A stretch of DNA of 64,000 nt from Octopus sinensis (GCF_006345805.1 NC_042999.1:160456001-160520000), one strand, 5' to 3'; counted from the stretch's first letter, positions 12,144-25,115 are shown. A program made the numbers and translations. Notes: a model not told the origin generated them from the letters alone.

Positions 12144-12378
12144 AAAAGGCAGCGAGCTGGCAGAAACGTTAGCACGCCAGGCGAAATGCTTAGCCGTATT
12201 TCATCTGTCGCTACGTTCTGAGTTCAAATTCCGCCGAGGTCGACTTTGCCTTTCATCCTTTCGGGGTCGATAAATTAAGTACCAATTACGCACTGGGGTC
12301 GATGCAATCGACTTAATCTGTCTATCTGTCCTTGTTTGTCCATTCTATGTTTAGCCCCCTGGGGGTAGTAAAGAAATA
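12144..12378 (+). mobile_element. SINE family C, full length
   Basis: tRNA-like head and Meta-like module; 15-bp TSD GGTATATCATGCACT. Confidence 0.85.
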
Positions 12379-12548
12379 GGTATATCATGCACTTGTTCAG
12401 GAAACATTGATTCGATGGAAGGAGTGAGCTGATGTCCAACTCAAACATTCCAGTCACTGCAAACAAATCATTTGTGTAGGTTGTTCAGCAAGGAATTACA
12501 CAACCATTTTTTTTTTCAGACTACAAGAGACTACCATCATATTATATA

Positions 12549-12965
12549 CGAGCAAAACGCCCCCCCCCCAACGTCCAATGGACGGTGCTGAGTTGTCAAA
12601 CATTTAAACCAAATTTTCTCAAAACAACCTGTCCGACCGTCCCATAGATTTCCCCTTTGAGAAACACTGATTTAACCTAAATTTGAGACACCAGCAAAAG
12701 AAGAAATAAAGATAGACTTTTTCTTGCATACGCATAGTATCAATCACAACAGCTAATGTACTTTCGCATACAAATGCACGTTCCCACGGCTTTATTGATC
12801 ACATTCTCACCTGGAATCGATTTTTGTAATTTTTTCAAGACTTATACATGCTCTGATACCGTTGGTATCAACATATCAAATTTGAGCGCAATCGGATAGA
12901 GGATGCCTGAGATCCTCAAAGACACACACACACACAGACAGACAGAATGGATTTTATATAATAGA
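12549..12965 (-). mobile_element. Non-autonomous Helitron family F (417 bp)
   Basis: A|TCTATTATATAAAATC 5' end; CGTCCA-T-TGGACG hairpin; CTCG|T 3' end; no TSD. Confidence 0.7.
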
Positions 12966-13292
12966 TATATATATATAAAACAGACTTCCACAGAGTTTCC
13001 ATTCAACCAAATTCACGTACAAGGCATAGTTAGCTCAGAGCTATAGTAAAAGACACTTGCTCAAGGTACCACACAGTAAGAAAAATGATTTTATTCACAT
13101 AAATATGCAACCGAAGAGTTTAAAGTACCAGTAATGATAAGGCTGTTGACTGGGAGAACACAAACATGGTTTAAACAGTAAGCTTGGCAGGAAAGAAACG
13201 TGCCTTTAAGCAGTACAAAAACAACAAAAATGGAAGGTGCAGTTATGTACAGGTTGACAGAAGAAAAGCAGGATAAAAACGATGCATGCACT

Positions 13293-13443
13293 CTGGAATT
13301 GAATTTTGTAATTTTTTCAAGACTTATACACGCCCTGATACTGTCGGTATCTACATATCAAATTTGAGCACAATCAGATGGAGGATGCCCGAGATCCTAG
13401 AAGACACACAGACAGACAGACAGAACGGATTTTTTATAATAGA
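13293..13443 (-). mobile_element. Helitron family F 5' fragment
   Basis: Homologous to ~12810-12965. Confidence 0.7.
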
Positions 13444-13477
13444 TTTAGTGTATGCAACTGAAACAGCATTAAATTAA

Positions 13478-13697
13478 CCCTTTCGTTACCAACCCGGCTG
13501 AAACCGGCTCTGGCTCTGAGTACAAATGTCTTGTTTTCATAAATTTTGAATTAAAATCTTCCACTAAACCTTAGTCATAATTTATGATCCTAACACTAGC
13601 TGAATGATAACTAAGTTATTTTACTAAAATCTTTGTTATATTTAAAGTAATTGAAAGAAACACAGAACATCTCAAAATAAATACAGTAATGAAAGGG
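13478..13697 (+). mobile_element. piggyBac-type MITE family G (220 bp)
   Basis: TTAA|CCCTTTCGTTAC...GTAATGAAAGGG|TTAA. Confidence 0.85.
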
Positions 13698-14600
13698 TTA
13701 AAATACCTATCTGAGAGAAAAATCTCTTCGCAAACATGTATTAAAAACACAATATATATCATAGTAAGGTAAACATTGTCCTTGCTTAGAACACAGAGAT
13801 AATTGGGGGGGGGGAAGCAATTAAGAACTTCGTTTCCAGTAATGAAAACATTGGACAGCTGCAAACATGCCATCTTGCCTAACTTATACGATGCGATGCG
13901 TAACTACTTCCTCTTCAAATGACATTTTAATGTCTTGTGTTATATTTACTTAAAAGAAGGCCATATCATCATCTACTCTCTCCATCTCTTTCTCTCTCTC
14001 TTTCTCTCTGCTATATCTAAGATAAATTATTAAATCAAAAATAGGTGAACTGAAGTAACACTATTGTATATAAATAAAACTGAATGATTTGGGTAAGCAG
14101 CAAAAGTGCATCACCAATCAAAATTATTGTCAGAATGTAAAATGCAAGCAAATGTCTTCTGGAACCTTCAGATGAGATGAAGATTGATGTTTAGTTTTGC
14201 TTTCAAAATATTGAGCATAGAAGTGTGGATCTGATGTTTATTTCAAACAACCTAACTTAACAAAGACACACAGAAATACATGTCCTATTAACAGATATGG
14301 CAAAATATCAGTATAGGTAGTACATTATTGTATAGTATTATAGAAGAATTCATATTTGCTCTTGGAAAAAAGCAGTTCATATCTAAAGGAGTGAATAAAA
14401 TAACTAAAAATTTTTTAAATCTACAAGCGTATATCAGAAGACATGAGACTTCACAAACTACTTATAATAAAGATTTTTTAAATGTTATTTGAAATGAAAT
14501 TTAAAATTGAAACAAATTTATATGCTATTTGTAATTAAACAAAATAATACATACCAGCTTGCACAAATATTTTAGAATTCTATACATATATACCTATCTA

Positions 14601-14960
14601 TACGGGTTCAGTCCCACTGCGTGGCACCTTGGGCAAGTGTCTTCTACTATAGCCTCGGGCCGACCAAAGCCTTGTGAGTGGATTTGGTAGACGGAAACTG
14701 AAAGAAGCCTGTCGTATATATGTATATATATGTGTGTATGTGTGTGTATATGGTTGTGTGTCTGTGTTTGTCCCCCAACATCGCTTGACAATCGATGCTG
14801 GTGTGTTCACGTCCCCCGTAACTTAGCGGTTCAGCAAAAGAGACCGATAGAATAAGTACTAGGCTTACAAAGAATAAGTTCTGGGGTCGATTTCTTTGAC
14901 TAAAGGCGGTGCTCCAGCATGGCCAGTCAAATGACTGAAACAAGTAAAAGAGTAAAAGAG
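14601..14960 (+). mobile_element. SINE family A, 5' truncated
   Basis: Starts at the B box; same body and tail as 11398. Confidence 0.8.
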
Positions 14961-15285
14961 TATATATATATATAAATTCAGGGTATTAATATCCAATCAA
15001 TATGTTTATTTTTAATACTATTATTCTAAGTCTTGCTGCATAATTTCTAAAGAATATTGGCTTTCTGACTTTCATTCAGCAGGAAGTTAGTGACAATGCA
15101 TAGTGAAAGATTTTGAGAATCAAAAGTAAAGTGTCTGCGGACAACTAGAAGCATGTTGAAGTTTGTGTCTTTTGCATTTTTTGTTTTCACTTTTGATTTG
15201 ATCTTTTGTACTTAAATCTAAATCAGGATGACTTTTTAAAATTAAATATATTTTTAATGAACATATTTAATAAAATTGAACTTAC

Positions 15286-15346
15286 CAAATTTGGATTTTG
15301 GCTACTTTATTATCCATGTTAACTGTTCTCATCTTGAAATCAATAC
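15286..15346 (-). CDS. RAB15: Rab15-like coding exon 2 ((G)IDFKMRTVNMDNKVAKIQI(W))
   Basis: TTTCAG| acceptor and |GTAAGT donor; 61 bp; phase 1 to phase 2 joins exon 1 and exon 3 in frame; RabF1/F2 motifs IDFK and KIQIW. Confidence 0.95.
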
Positions 15347-15412
15347 CTGAAATTAATGAAATAACAGGAGATATTTGAAATAGGTAGAAAAAGGAAGAAC
15401 TAAGATTATTCA

Positions 15413-15570
15413 GCCCTTTAACATTAAAACCAGCCATATTGGACCCAAATATGGCTGGTTTTATATTTTATGTTCAAACCACCCAAATCTGGCATCTCAC
15501 ACCTACCCTACAATGTTATTCTAAAAATAAACTATCAGATCATCAAAATCTCAAAGCTATGATTAATTTA
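15413..15570 (+). mobile_element. piggyBac-type MITE family H, partial
   Basis: Homologous to the left part of 21972-22191; contains a 16-bp perfect hairpin at 15425-15463. Confidence 0.55.
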
Positions 15571-15574
15571 AAAC

Positions 15575-15575
<1 letters not shown>

Positions 15576-15605
<30 letters not shown>

Positions 15606-15931
15606 GATTAGCGTCCGTTTTCCATGCTAGCATGGGTTGGACGGTTCGACCGGTGTCTGGGAAGCCAGGAGGCTGCACCAGGCTCCAGTCTTATCTGGTA
15701 TCTGGCAATGTTTCTACAGCTGGATGCCCTTCCTAACACCAACCACTCTGCGAGTGTAGTGGGTGCTTTTTACGTGCCACCTGCACAGGTGCCAGGGGGG
15801 GTCTGGCATCGGCCACGATCGGTTGGTGCTTTTAACGTGCCACCGGCACAGAAGCCAGCCAAGGCGGCGCTTGCATCGGCCACGTTCGGATGGTGCTTTT
15901 TATGTGCCACCGGCACAGAAGCCAGTCGAGG
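15576..15931 (-). mobile_element. RTE 3' end
   Basis: (CAT)n followed by the reverse complement of the RTE terminus and GGTGGCAC subrepeats. Confidence 0.8.
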
Positions 15932-15944
15932 CTTTTGAGCAAGA

Positions 15945-16182
15945 CACTTTATTTCACATTGTTCCAATCCACTCAACTGGCAAAAATGAGTTGTACCTGT
16001 ATTTCAAAGGGCCAGCCTTGTCACACACTGTGTCACACTGAATCTCCTTGAGAACTACGTTATGGGCACACATGTCTGTGGAGTACTCAGCCACTTGCCC
16101 ATTAATTTTATGAGTAGGCTGTTCATTGATTGAATCAACTGGAACCCTCGTCGTCATAACCAACAGAGTGCCAGACATTTGA
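15945..16182 (+). mobile_element. SINE family B, tail type 2 fragment
   Basis: GTACCTGTATTTCAAAGGGCC...GGAGTACTCAGCCACTT...GTCGT, homologous to 22771-23000. Confidence 0.65.
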
Positions 16183-16313
16183 CAGAGAAATATAGAAACA
16201 GTTATGAAAATATGATAGATATCAAAAGATAACATTATAAACAAAAGTAACCGAAATACAAATATTCAGATGTGGAAAAGAGAAAGCTACAACTAACACG
16301 AACAAAAACGAAC

Positions 16314-16728
16314 ATAGGCGCAGGAGTGGCTGTGTGGTAAGTAGCTTGCTAACCAACCACATGGTTCTGGGTTCAGTCCCACTGTGTGGCATCTTGGGCA
16401 AGTGTCTTCTGCTATAGCCCCGGGCCGACCAATGCCTTGTGAGTGGATTTGGTAGACGGAAACTGAAAGAAGCCTGTCGTATATATGTATGTATATATAT
16501 ATATGTATGCGTGTGTGTGTTTGTGTGTCTGTGTTTGTCCCCCTAGCATTGCTTGACAACCAATGCTGGTGTGTTTACGTCCCTGTCACTTAGCGGTTCG
16601 GCAAAAGAGACCGATAGAATAAGTACTGGGCTAACAAAGAATAAGTCCCGGGGTCGATTTGCTCGACTAAAGGTGGTGCTCCAGCATGGCTGCAGTCAAA
16701 TGACTGAAACAAGTAAAAGAGAGTAAAA
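16314..16728 (+). mobile_element. SINE family A
   Basis: Full-length head-to-tail match to 11398. Confidence 0.85.
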
Positions 16729-18407
16729 ATGCAAATTCAAATATATTTATATTTGAGCAGAGAGAAAATTTATATGGTATGGTTTGGGGAGTAAAATAAA
16801 AATACCAAGAATAGGTTGTATATAAATCATTCATTTCCTAAATTATCGCTATATTGTAAAATCATTAAACCTTCTCTTCTAATTAGATAAACAACGCACC
16901 AGTCATTTCCCAAGTGCAATACGGCTGGGTTTATGCTTTTCCAATGTCAAAGTATCAATAATCGGGTGATGATTCAGGACAACATTTTATCAGTTTGGCC
17001 ATTGAGACGAAGATGGTGATGAGAAGAAAAACAAAATAGAATAAAATGTGGAATATAATAAAAGCCAGAGTCTGGGTTAACTAGCAGTGAACTATAACTA
17101 CAAAAATCAGTTAATATAGTCAGTGTGCAGTGAGAAGATGTGAACTATAACATTTTTGGCATACTTCTGCTTCAGAGAAAACATTTTTTTCCCCCACAAA
17201 TGAAGAATTATTTCCTGAAGCAGGAATCTACCTTAAAAGCAAGATCCCATCACTCCACCTCTCACCTCTCTCACTACCTCCCCCTCTCTCTCCCGTTAGT
17301 GTTCAAAAGAATTCAAATTTATGAACTTTATAAAGAAATGGAATAAGTTTGTCTCAACTGAATATGGAAATATAATAAATAAATGTTGGAAGTAAAAATT
17401 AAATAAAATCCAATGGAAGTTGCATAGTATTGCTGATGTGGATCGATGAGGTGGGGAGGGGGGCAGGAAGACAGATTTTAGAGAGGAAAAATATGATTAT
17501 GAAATATACTAAAGTAAGTTATGACATAACAGCCAAGAGAGTTGAATAAAGCAAATAAAACAGGGAAGAAAATCAAAATAAAAAATATGTGTAAATTTTT
17601 TATGGAATAGAAATAAATCAGAGATATTTGAGGTATCAGATATTCTAATATAAACTATTTGATTTATTTTATATTTCTGTTTGAATTAAATATAGTCAGA
17701 GATAAAAAGTCAAACTTCATCATTTTTGACCTTTTTAGTAAAATGATATTGATTTAGATGGAGATTAGTAACCGAATAGCTGATGATGCAAATCTATTTT
17801 ATAATTTAATGGCAATATTCACTCAGCTGTCATCCCCAATAGCTTTTTGTGATGTTACTCTGACAAGCAATTGCTTTCGTCAAGCTATTTCTCTGGAACA
17901 TTGAAATAAGAATGAATACAGACGAATTTAGAAAACAAAATGTATGCCAACATTTATTGTTGATCAGAATGGTAAATCTCATCCATTACTTAAAAAGAAT
18001 TCTACTTAAACATACTTTTCAAAATAGCCTAAAAGAAATGGTTAACAAATGACTTCCAACATATAAAATGGAATAGCGATAGTAAGAAAGACATAAATAT
18101 ATAATGAAAGACTTTGATACTTAATATATAACATTGTTAGGGTGGCAAGCTGGCAGAATCGTTAGCACACTGGGCGAAAAGCTTAGTGATATTTCGTCTG
18201 CTGTTACATTCTGAGTTCAAATTCCACCGAGGTTGACATAGTTTCTATATTCCTTTTAGCTTTTAAAAGCATAGATATTCCTGTTACTTGAATCAACAAG
18301 GGAATTTCTTCATGGTCCAACAACCTGCTTCAAAATTAGTAGCTAAAACATTTTCAAATCATGCTCTAAAATCTTTAGAAAAAAAAGATTAATAGTTTTA
18401 AATAAAT

Positions 18408-18578
18408 GGCGTAGGACTGGCTGTGTGCTAAATAGCATGCTTACCAACCACATGGTTCAGGGTTCAGTCCCACTGCATGGCATCTTGGGCAAGTGTCTTC
18501 TGCTATAGCCCCGGGCCGACCAATGCCTTGTGAGTGGATTTGGTAGATGGAAACTGAAAGAAGCCTGTTGTATATATG

Positions 18579-18609
<31 letters not shown>

Positions 18610-18830
18610 ATATGTTTGTGTGTCTGTGTTTGTCCCCCTTGCATTGCTTGACAACCGATGTTGGTGTGTTTACGTCCCCGTCACTTAGCGGTTCAGCAAA
18701 AGAGATCGATAGAATAAGTACTGGGCTTACAAAAGAATAAGTCCCAGGGTCGATTTGCTCGACTAAAGGCGGTGCTCCAGCATGGCCGCAGTCAAATGAC
18801 TGAAACAAGTAAAAGAGTAAAAGAGTAAAA
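18408..18830 (+). mobile_element. SINE family A
   Basis: Full-length match. Confidence 0.85.
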
Positions 18831-19755
18831 CTCTTTCAAAAGTAAGTATTGGTTTATGACTGGAATGACTTTGACCATAAGTCTACTTGTCTCAGGGCTG
18901 ATGTGGAAACTAAACAACAACATCATGTTAACATTAAAGGTTCTCATTAAACAATTCTGCAGCTGAATGCCCTTTACGAGTTATCTTGGAAGTAAGAGAT
19001 GTGAGTGATACCTGAACCTGATTAGAAAGACAGAGGGGAATAATGTGCCTCACTGAAGAGTTAATTATCTAAAAAGCATTGACGAATTCTCTATTGAAAC
19101 TTCTCGTAATGATTGGTCTTTTGCCAATATATTGATATTTTCATACTAATACAGAGAAAGCCTAACGATAGATTTGCGATGGATTCTAGCCAACAATTGT
19201 CTACAATTGACTTGCCTATTGAGAGAAAATAAAACTGTTCACATCAACAAAAATGTGAAGACATTTAGAATACATTTTTATAAAGAACGCAAGTATGTAT
19301 AGCATAGTCTGATAAATAGTTCAACACAAAACCAATTCAGTTTTGCAACCACAGTTCTCGATTAGCTATATGCATTATACCAGTATTAAGTAGGGAAGAT
19401 AACATTGGAAAAAACCTCACTAAAGGACACAGGGAGAAATATATATTTGAGTGTGAGTGCATGTATTTATTCGCTGTTTGAGAAACTGCAGTGACCTATA
19501 AATAGAGGCTGTATGATTGTGCAGTTCACTACGGTAAACAACAGGGCATTGTGCGATTAGTTTGTTTTATTAACTTGTGATTCTGGACTCAAATATTCTC
19601 ATGGGACAGGAGAGAAGATGGATACAAACAATAGCCGAATTCTTAATCAATCAATGATGTAGAGTGGGGTGCATACAGGTATGGCCTTAAAAATTATAGC
19701 AGCCATACTAATCAGCAATGTAAGAGACCGTTATATTCCCAGATATATTATAACT

Positions 19756-20066
19756 GTGGAGGCGCAATGGCCCAGTGGTTAGGGCAGCGGACTCACGGTC
19801 GTAGGATTGCGGTTTCAATTCCCAGACCGGGCGTTGTGAGTTTATTGAGCGAAAACACCCAAAGCTCCACGAGGCTCCGGCAGGGGGTGGTGGCGATCCC
19901 TGTTGTACTCTTTCGCCACAACTTTCTCTCACTCTTTCTTCTGTTGGCCTGCTCGCTTAGCCAGAGGGGTGGCATCATTTGAAGGCTAAAACAATGCGAA
20001 GTGCATTGTGACCAGCGATGTGTAGCAACATCTGATGGCCTGGTCGGTCACGGTGATCACGGTGAT
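19756..20066 (+). mobile_element. SINE family B, tail type 1
   Basis: tRNA-like head GGAGGCGCAATGGCCCAGTGGTTAGG...; (CACGGTGAT)n end; ATTATAACT TSD. Confidence 0.85.
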
Positions 20067-20621
20067 ATTATAACTATTGATATAAAGTGTTTATAGATTG
20101 ATTTAAATTGATTGAACCACGGCAACTGCTGTTGTACAACAATATACTCATAGTAAGTCAAGTCTGCAACCCAGTTCAATTCTCAGTAACTACCAACTTT
20201 ATTTCATTTATATCACAATTTTCTCAAGAAAGAAACAGATGTCCCAATACACATTTGGCCTAACTTCACCACAAACAAATTCTAAAACTTCTGGCTCTTT
20301 GGAAAATCTGTAAGAAAATCCTCCTTTCCCAAAGTTACTACAACATGATAACAATTATTCCTGGAACAGGACATGCATCATGACGATGATGTTGATGAGG
20401 ATAATGATATATTCTTCACAATAATATAAATATCAGCTGATATGATGTGTAATAGATTACATTAAAAAAATGTGAAATTACTTAAAACTGTGGTAGTGAA
20501 TTTCATTTTTATTACATTCTTCTATTTTATCACATAAATCACAAGTTCATCCCTTTTCTTCTGAATATGCAAGCTAAGAACTTCTTGTGACACACCTTTT
20601 ATACTCCCTTCTTATATACCA

Positions 20622-21020
20622 CTAGCAGTATCGCCCGGCGTTGCTCGGGTTTGTAAGGGAAATAACTATATAAGCATTTTTAGAGATGTAAAGTATAATA
20701 GCCATCTCAATATGGCTACCACAAAGGTGGGGGGGGTGTTACTGTAGCTTTTTACGTTCTGAGATTTAATAATAAATTTTTAGAGAGTTACTTCCCTTAT
20801 ATATGCCAAAAATGCATTAAAAACGGGAAAAATTGATGGTAAATTTTTTTTTAAATCGTAGACTCATCGTAGATGCGTGCTAATACCCAGAAGGGCTCGA
20901 TATGAATCACGACTATAAGATACTCGGTTTTGGTTAAACTGCACCGCAAAATGTGGGAGTAGTTAGGAATCTAAATCGTAGGAGACAGACAGCACACAAC
21001 CTCACTCTTATATATAAAGA
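20622..21020 (-). mobile_element. Non-autonomous Helitron family E, long variant (399 bp)
   Basis: A|TC...CCCGAGCAACGCCGGG hairpin...CTAG|T; no TSD. Confidence 0.88.
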
Positions 21021-21079
21021 TTTTATGTTCCTTCTTTCTCAGAATTGGATACTTTCAAACTATGATGCTTGTACATGTT

Positions 21080-21540
21080 TTTCAATCCCACTTCAATATT
21101 TCAAATGTGGAGAGACATCCGTGAACAATCCTTTCAGTCTTTGTCCTTCCTCAACGACCACCTGTAAAATGAGCCAGGTCTACTAAGGGTTGGAACTTAC
21201 ACTTTTATGCTTTGTGCCAGCAGTCTCTCAAGTTTGAGAATTTCACTTTCAGTCAATCTATTAACTATGGTGCAACCCAAGATGCAGCAAAATGTCCAGC
21301 CCACTTCATTCTGTATCAGCAATTTTACCCACTGTTACTTTTAACCAGTACACAACTTTATACAGATTACACTACACTTCATTCAACCTTAGCCTTGAAC
21401 TTTCAAATGTTATCCAAACTAAACAATATGTCAGATCTACATTGTGATATAATCCCTGAGGGAACTGAGACCTCGAAAAGATTTGCTAATGAGTATGTGA
21501 CATCCTACTTCCCTAAACTATTATATCACAGGCATGACAC
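21080..21540 (-). mobile_element. Old RTE-like ORF C-terminal relic
   Basis: MKWAGH and GR*GRTKT motifs in the expected order; heavily decayed. Confidence 0.4.
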
Positions 21541-21545
21541 ATACC

Positions 21546-21779
21546 TATTTCTTTATTACCCACAAGGGGCTAAACACAGAGGGGACAAACAAGGACAGAC
21601 ATAGGTATTAAGTCGATTACATCGACCCCAGTGCGTAACTGGTACTTAATTTATCGACCCCGAAAGGATGAAAGGCAAAGTTGACCTCAGCGGAATTTGA
21701 ACTCACAACGCAATGCAGACGAAATACCACTAAGCATTTCGCCCGGCGTGCTAACGTTTCTGCCAGCTCGCCGCCTTTA
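21546..21779 (-). mobile_element. SINE family C, full length
   Basis: Reverse-complement match to 12144; GACACATACC TSD. Confidence 0.85.
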
Positions 21780-21971
21780 GACACATACCAAGGAAAAAAA
21801 ATCTTTCACAAGTCTCTGTCTATGCTTGAACTAAAACCCTCAGAATTTACTGCAAAATACAAGCCATTATAACAGCTAATTATCTCCATGGCAACATTAC
21901 ATTTATGTAGCAGATCATTTATGTTAAAAAGGGAAAACTACATTCATGATGTGCAAAAAATACAAACTTAA

Positions 21972-22191
21972 CCCTTTAGCATTCAAACCAGCCATATCCG
22001 GCCAAAATATTTAACCTGTTTTATATTGAAACTGACCAGATCTCGCCTCTCACCTCAGCCCTATAATGTCATTCTAAAACTAAAAAGTCAAATCACTGAA
22101 ATCTCTAAACTACAAGATAATGCATGATTAATTCAAAACGGTATAAATAAACAAACATCACATTTGACAGAATAATCTGAACACAAAAGGG
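21972..22191 (+). mobile_element. piggyBac-type MITE family H (220 bp)
   Basis: TTAA|CCCTTTAGCATTCA...TCTGAACACAAAAGGG|TTAA; interior unrelated to family G. Confidence 0.75.
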
Positions 22192-22770
22192 TTAAAGTTA
22201 CAGATTTGAGTTCACAGCTTATTTAATTGAATTCTGACAATGACACCCATTAGCAGAATGGCACTGAATCAGCTAATTTGCTCATGTGGCAACGGTGAAA
22301 GTCCACTGCCTACATTCTTGTAAATGAAATAGGTGGGTACCTTACTATGAAAATACTTTCCCTTGAGTAAAAATCATTTATTGATAGTTTTGTGATGCAG
22401 ATATAAACCATCCATGTTCTCAATTGAATATTTTTCTGTACTTTAGAAGTAAAAATTATGTAACAAATGGATTATTCTAGATGTAGAATATTATAAAAAG
22501 AAAGTGATAATTGTCATAAGGTCTTTTCTACAGACTGCTTTTACAAACCCTCACACATTAATAGAAAGCCATTCAACATTACAATATGAAACTCCAATGC
22601 AGTGCTATTTTTTCTTGCCAGTTTTCTGGGGTTTTTTGAAAAAAAAATATGATATTCTTTTTTTCACTACACCTAATAATAACAATTTGCACAACTTAGT
22701 AACATTTTACAAATAATTACCAATAATGCCAAACACACACACACACAGAGATTATTTCTATTCTACAAAT

Positions 22771-23156
22771 GGAAGCACTCCGTCGGTTACGACGATGAGG
22801 GTTCTGGTTGATCCGAATCAACAGAACAGCCTGCTCGTGAAATTAACGTGTAAGTGGCTGAGCACTCCACAGACACGTGTACCCTTAACGTAGTTCTCAG
22901 GGATATTCAACGTGACACAGAGAGTGACAAGACCGGCCCTTTGAAATACAGGTACAACAGAAACAGGAAGTAAGAGTGAGAGAAAGTTGTGGTGAAAGGG
23001 TACAGCAGGGATCACCACCATCCCCTGCCGGAGCTTCGTGGAGCTTTTTAGGTGTTTCCGCTCAATAAACACTCACAACGCCCGGTCTGGGAATTGAAAC
23101 CGCGATCCTATGACCGCGAGTCCGCTGCCTTAACCACTGGGCCATTGTGCCTCCAC
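22771..23156 (-). mobile_element. SINE family B, tail type 2
   Basis: Same head as 19756 with a different tail; ATTCTACAAAT TSD. Confidence 0.85.
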
Positions 23157-23564
23157 ATTCTACAAATATACAACATTCAAAAGAACTATATATGTTTCTT
23201 TTGATTTGCCACATAACTTTCTCAGTATATTCTGTTCACCCTTTTGAATTCAATATTTTTGTCCAATCACATTTCATACTGCATAAAACATGCCATTTTT
23301 AGATAATACATTAACAGATTTGTATATTACTTTGAACCACTGCAGTATATTACTTTTAATAATCATAATTATTTATCCCACCACAGAGACCAACAGATCT
23401 ATACAAAATGTTGAAATAAACAACTGAACCTACACAAAATATAATTACTATGCATGTTTTGACCTTAAGTACAACATTTATTTACTGCAAGATAATGGCC
23501 TCAATGTGGTGATGCAGAGACATAAAATGAACCAGCAGCCGACATCCCTGAATGATGCAGCATA

Positions 23565-23968
23565 CTCTCTTTTACTCTTTTACTTGCTCCAGTCATTTGA
23601 CTGCGGCCATGCTGGATCACCGCCTTTAGTCGAGCAATCGACCCCGGGACTTATTCTTTGTAAGCCCAGTACTTATTCTATCGGTCTCTTGTGCCGAACC
23701 GCTAAGTGACGGGGACGTAAACACACCAGCATCGGTTGTCAAGCAATGCTAGGGGGGACAAACACAGACACACAAACACACACATACATACATACATATA
23801 TACGACAGGCTTCTTTCAGTTTCCGTCAACCAAATTCACTCACAAGGCATTGGTCGGCCCGGGGCTATAGCAGAAAATACTTGCCCAAGATGCCACGCAG
23901 TGGGACTGAACCCGGAACCATGTGGTTGGTTAGCAAGCTACTTACCACACAGCCACTCCTGCGCCTAT
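23565..23968 (-). mobile_element. SINE family A
   Basis: Full-length reverse-complement match. Confidence 0.85.
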
Positions 23969-24814
23969 ACATTTGTAAAAGCTGCAAAAACATAATTTCT
24001 AACAGAATTCTTAAGCCATTGAATATTCCTTAGAATGGCAAAAGATCAACCAACTCACTGCAAGCTCATAAGTGAAATCAGTAGCTACAGTCAGTTTGAT
24101 ATTGTCTCCTCATTGACCAAACAAGCCTATTTTATGATTTATCCATGTCGAAGCACAGTTCAGAATACAAAATTTTCATGGCCAGATGATTGCTGCCTGA
24201 GATAACTCAAGAAGTCAGAGAGTTGCTCATCTCCCCTTCTTCCAATGGAAATTGTAATACTATATTGAAAGAACCCATAAAACACACCACCACGTCTGAA
24301 CAAAGATGGTTGCACCAACTAATAATTGCAGAAGAGTTGGATAAGACATAACTATCTCAGTTACTGAGTAGGATAAAACAATTGATGCCGGAAAGGTTAA
24401 AAACAACATTTTAAAGTGATTTCTGTTCAAAAATTCCCAACAGTGTTACCCTGTGCTCCTGTCTCTAAACATGTGTGAGTCACTTAAAAGCTTCCATGGA
24501 GCTACTGTTGGCCAGTTTGGACTACATCCATTCTCATGTCAACATTGTGCATGACATTTCCCTCATCATACAATACTTCTAAAAGAACCTTGCCATTTTC
24601 AGCTTTTTTGTTGCATTTGTAACCCATTGACCTGAATTGCAGTGAGAATAGGTATTAGGACAGTATAAAGCCTTTTCCTGTTTCAGTAGGGCAAGTTGCT
24701 TATCTAGGCTCCCATGTGCTGTGACACATTTTCCAGTAGCAGCCTTGTTGCTTCGGCCATAAGCCTGGGAGTCAAACTCTCACTTAAAAGAACAGAATAG
24801 GAATGCGTAACTGG

Positions 24815-25115
24815 TACACTGTCAGTTACGATAACAAGAGTTCCAGTTGATCTGAACAATGGAACAACCTGCTCAGGAAATTAACATGCATGTAGCCAAG
24901 CACTCCACAGACACGTATATCCTTAAAGTAGTTCTTAGGGAGATTCAGCCTGACACAGGGTGTGACGAGGTTGGTCCTTTGAAATACAGGTACAACTCCT
25001 TTTCCCAGCAACATGAAATAAAAAGTCTTGCTCCAGGACACAATGCATCACTGGGAATTGAACTCATGACCTTGCGATCGCAACCCAAATACCCTAACCA
25101 CTAAGCCACACACGT
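24815..25115 (-). mobile_element. Older SINE family B (tail 2)-like copy
   Basis: Diverged homology to 22771-23156. Confidence 0.55.

Noticed and set aside
19756-19830. tRNA genes at SINE heads
   Set aside because: A/B boxes are present but there is no complete acceptor stem, and each continues into a SINE body with a TSD.
21093-21161. Exon-like VVVEEGQRL... after TTTTACAG in Rab15 intron 1
   Set aside because: It ends in a stop, does not fit Rab exon phases, and lies within a decayed RTE relic.
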